From: Pseudomonadota bacterium
GTDB lineage: Bacteria > Pseudomonadota > Alphaproteobacteria > Rickettsiales > UBA3002
DNA length: 64,000 nucleotides
Assembly: GCA_040384265.1 (NCBI GenBank)
Contig: JAZKJM010000003.1
Span: forward strand, 15,919 to 79,918
Direction: 5' to 3'
Both the position numbers and the translations under genes were made by a program. Within the stretch, counting starts at the first letter, position 1, and each line of letters starts with the position of its first letter. Below are positions 62,939-64,000 of the stretch, piece after piece. Under the pieces are notes generated by a model. That model was given only the letters and a program-made list of their open reading frames with translations, was not told the DNA's origin and ran no database searches.

Positions 62939-64000
62939 TCAAATCAAAGTAGGCTGGGCCGTCTGACCCGGCAATAATCCACCCCATTTATAGCGTATCC
63001 AAAGCTTAAATAAAGGATCATCAAACGAGACACGCCCTCTACCCGCTGCTTCCTGATCGAGGATATTTTTGCGTTTCAGCGCATTGATGGCATTGGTAAC
63101 GTGCGCCGTGCTGTTTATTTCATAGCGCTTCAGTAACGGTTCGCTGTAGTAGCCCTCATCTTCGAGCGCCAGCATGCGCAACACACGCTGTTGTGCCGGA
63201 GATAAGTTGTGCAAATGCGTTTCATAGCTATAGGCATTTTGGGTAACGATATTGGCAAGCACCGTATCAATCAGCGTTTTGTCCACTGTACCGCAATCCA
63301 TCGCGACAAGGTGGAAACACACCATTTGCACATAGTTCGTACTGTCATTCACCTGCTGGCGCAGATAGCTTACAACTTCCATGCTGGCGTTAACGTTGGC
63401 CACATTAAATCGCTCAATAATCCACGCCGAGAAATCACTTTCAAGCGCTGGAAAATCGATCACATGAAAGGCACGGTAGAGAGGCCGCTGGTTGTCATTC
63501 ACCATCGCATGCACCACATCACGGCGTGACCCAGTAAGCAAATAAGACACCTTCCCAGCCTGCGTTTGCAGCATTTGCCGCAAGGTTGCCTCAAGCCAAC
63601 CCTCATCGCCCAACGTATCTTTCGATAATTGCTGACATTCGTCAATGACCACACAGACGTGACCATCCAATGTCGCTAACGATTCAAGTGTTTCGATGAT
63701 ATAGAGCTTTTTCTCTTGTGCCCCTTCTTCGGCAAGCCACGAGAGTGTTAACTTTCCGATATCATCATTACCTACCGATAGATTCGCTGGCTTGAGCCTT
63801 TCCGGCAGGCGCTTCGTCCAATCACATACCTTTTCCCAAAGACTTCTTTTCGACTGCAGGGCATTGAGCAATTGTAACAAGAAGTCCTGATGACTGGATA
63901 CGTTGTAAACATCCAGTATAAGCGCATCGCCCAATCTCTTGGTCTCCCACATCTTACAAAAATTCTTTGCAAACGAGGTCTTACCCAAGCGCCGTGGACC
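62939..64000 (-). CDS. AAA-type ATPase of the archaeal-ATPase/DUF234-like class with a C-terminal winged helix (5' end outside the window)
   Basis: The frame is open to the window edge. Walker A GPRRLGKTSF. Walker B VCVVIDECQ. C-terminal wHTH-like LSPAQQRVLRMLA...AINALKRKNIL. A sampled line gives about 48% G+C. The stop lies 23 nt upstream of the leuA start. Confidence 0.75.
   Translation of the reverse strand, partial: GPRRLGKTSFAKNFCKMWETKRLGDALILDVYNVSSHQDFLLQLLNALQSKRSLWEKVCDWTKRLPERLKPANLSVGNDDIGKLTLSWLAEEGAQEKKLYIIETLESLATLDGHVCVVIDECQQLSKDTLGDEGWLEATLRQMLQTQAGKVSYLLTGSRRDVVHAMVNDNQRPLYRAFHVIDFPALESDFSAWIIERFNVANVNASMEVVSYLRQQVNDSTNYVQMVCFHLVAMDCGTVDKTLIDTVLANIVTQNAYSYETHLHNLSPAQQRVLRMLALEDEGYYSEPLLKRYEINSTAHVTNAINALKRKNILDQEAAGRGRVSFDDPLFKLWIRYKWGGLLPGQTAQPTLI

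Overview
High-GC (hand counts of about 62-65% in housekeeping genes) chromosomal segment with alphaproteobacterial gene order: ctaCDB / ctaG-ctaE-DUF983-SURF1-thrC-M16 peptidase, rpoH, hdaA, purMN-DUF2066-perM-hda, and a CTTG-N17-CTTATTT heat-shock-type promoter before dnaK. Most of the window is core metabolism and cell envelope: dnaKJ, dapB, tldD, the aa3 oxidase cluster, thrC, rluD, rpoH, ndk, purMN, mreBCD-mrdA-rodA and leuA. The 5' end carries cell-surface genes: a truncated haemagglutinin-like adhesin and an alpha-2-macroglobulin/pbpC pair. The most unusual content is (1) a five-gene operon of mutually paralogous GspG/type-IV-pilin-like prepilins (12.3-18.4 kb) beside tRNA-Met, with no assembly machinery in the window. 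Its last gene fuses a pilin module to about 510 aa of Cys-rich repeats, a possible jelly-roll domain and a thrombospondin-type-1-like repeat. (2) A TadE/TadE/TadG(vWA) pseudopilin trio lies directly behind rodA on the same strand. (3) Several lower-GC ORFan islets (about 43-55% G+C in sampled lines) sit at junctions of conserved synteny blocks. One is an antisense gene with a pyrophosphatase-like DGDxxD signature that splits the cta cluster. (4) There is a 146-bp element with perfect 24-bp terminal inverted repeats and a dispersed GC-rich REP-like family. No CRISPR array, transposase, integrase or rRNA was seen. All functional calls rest on motif recognition by eye; no database search was possible.
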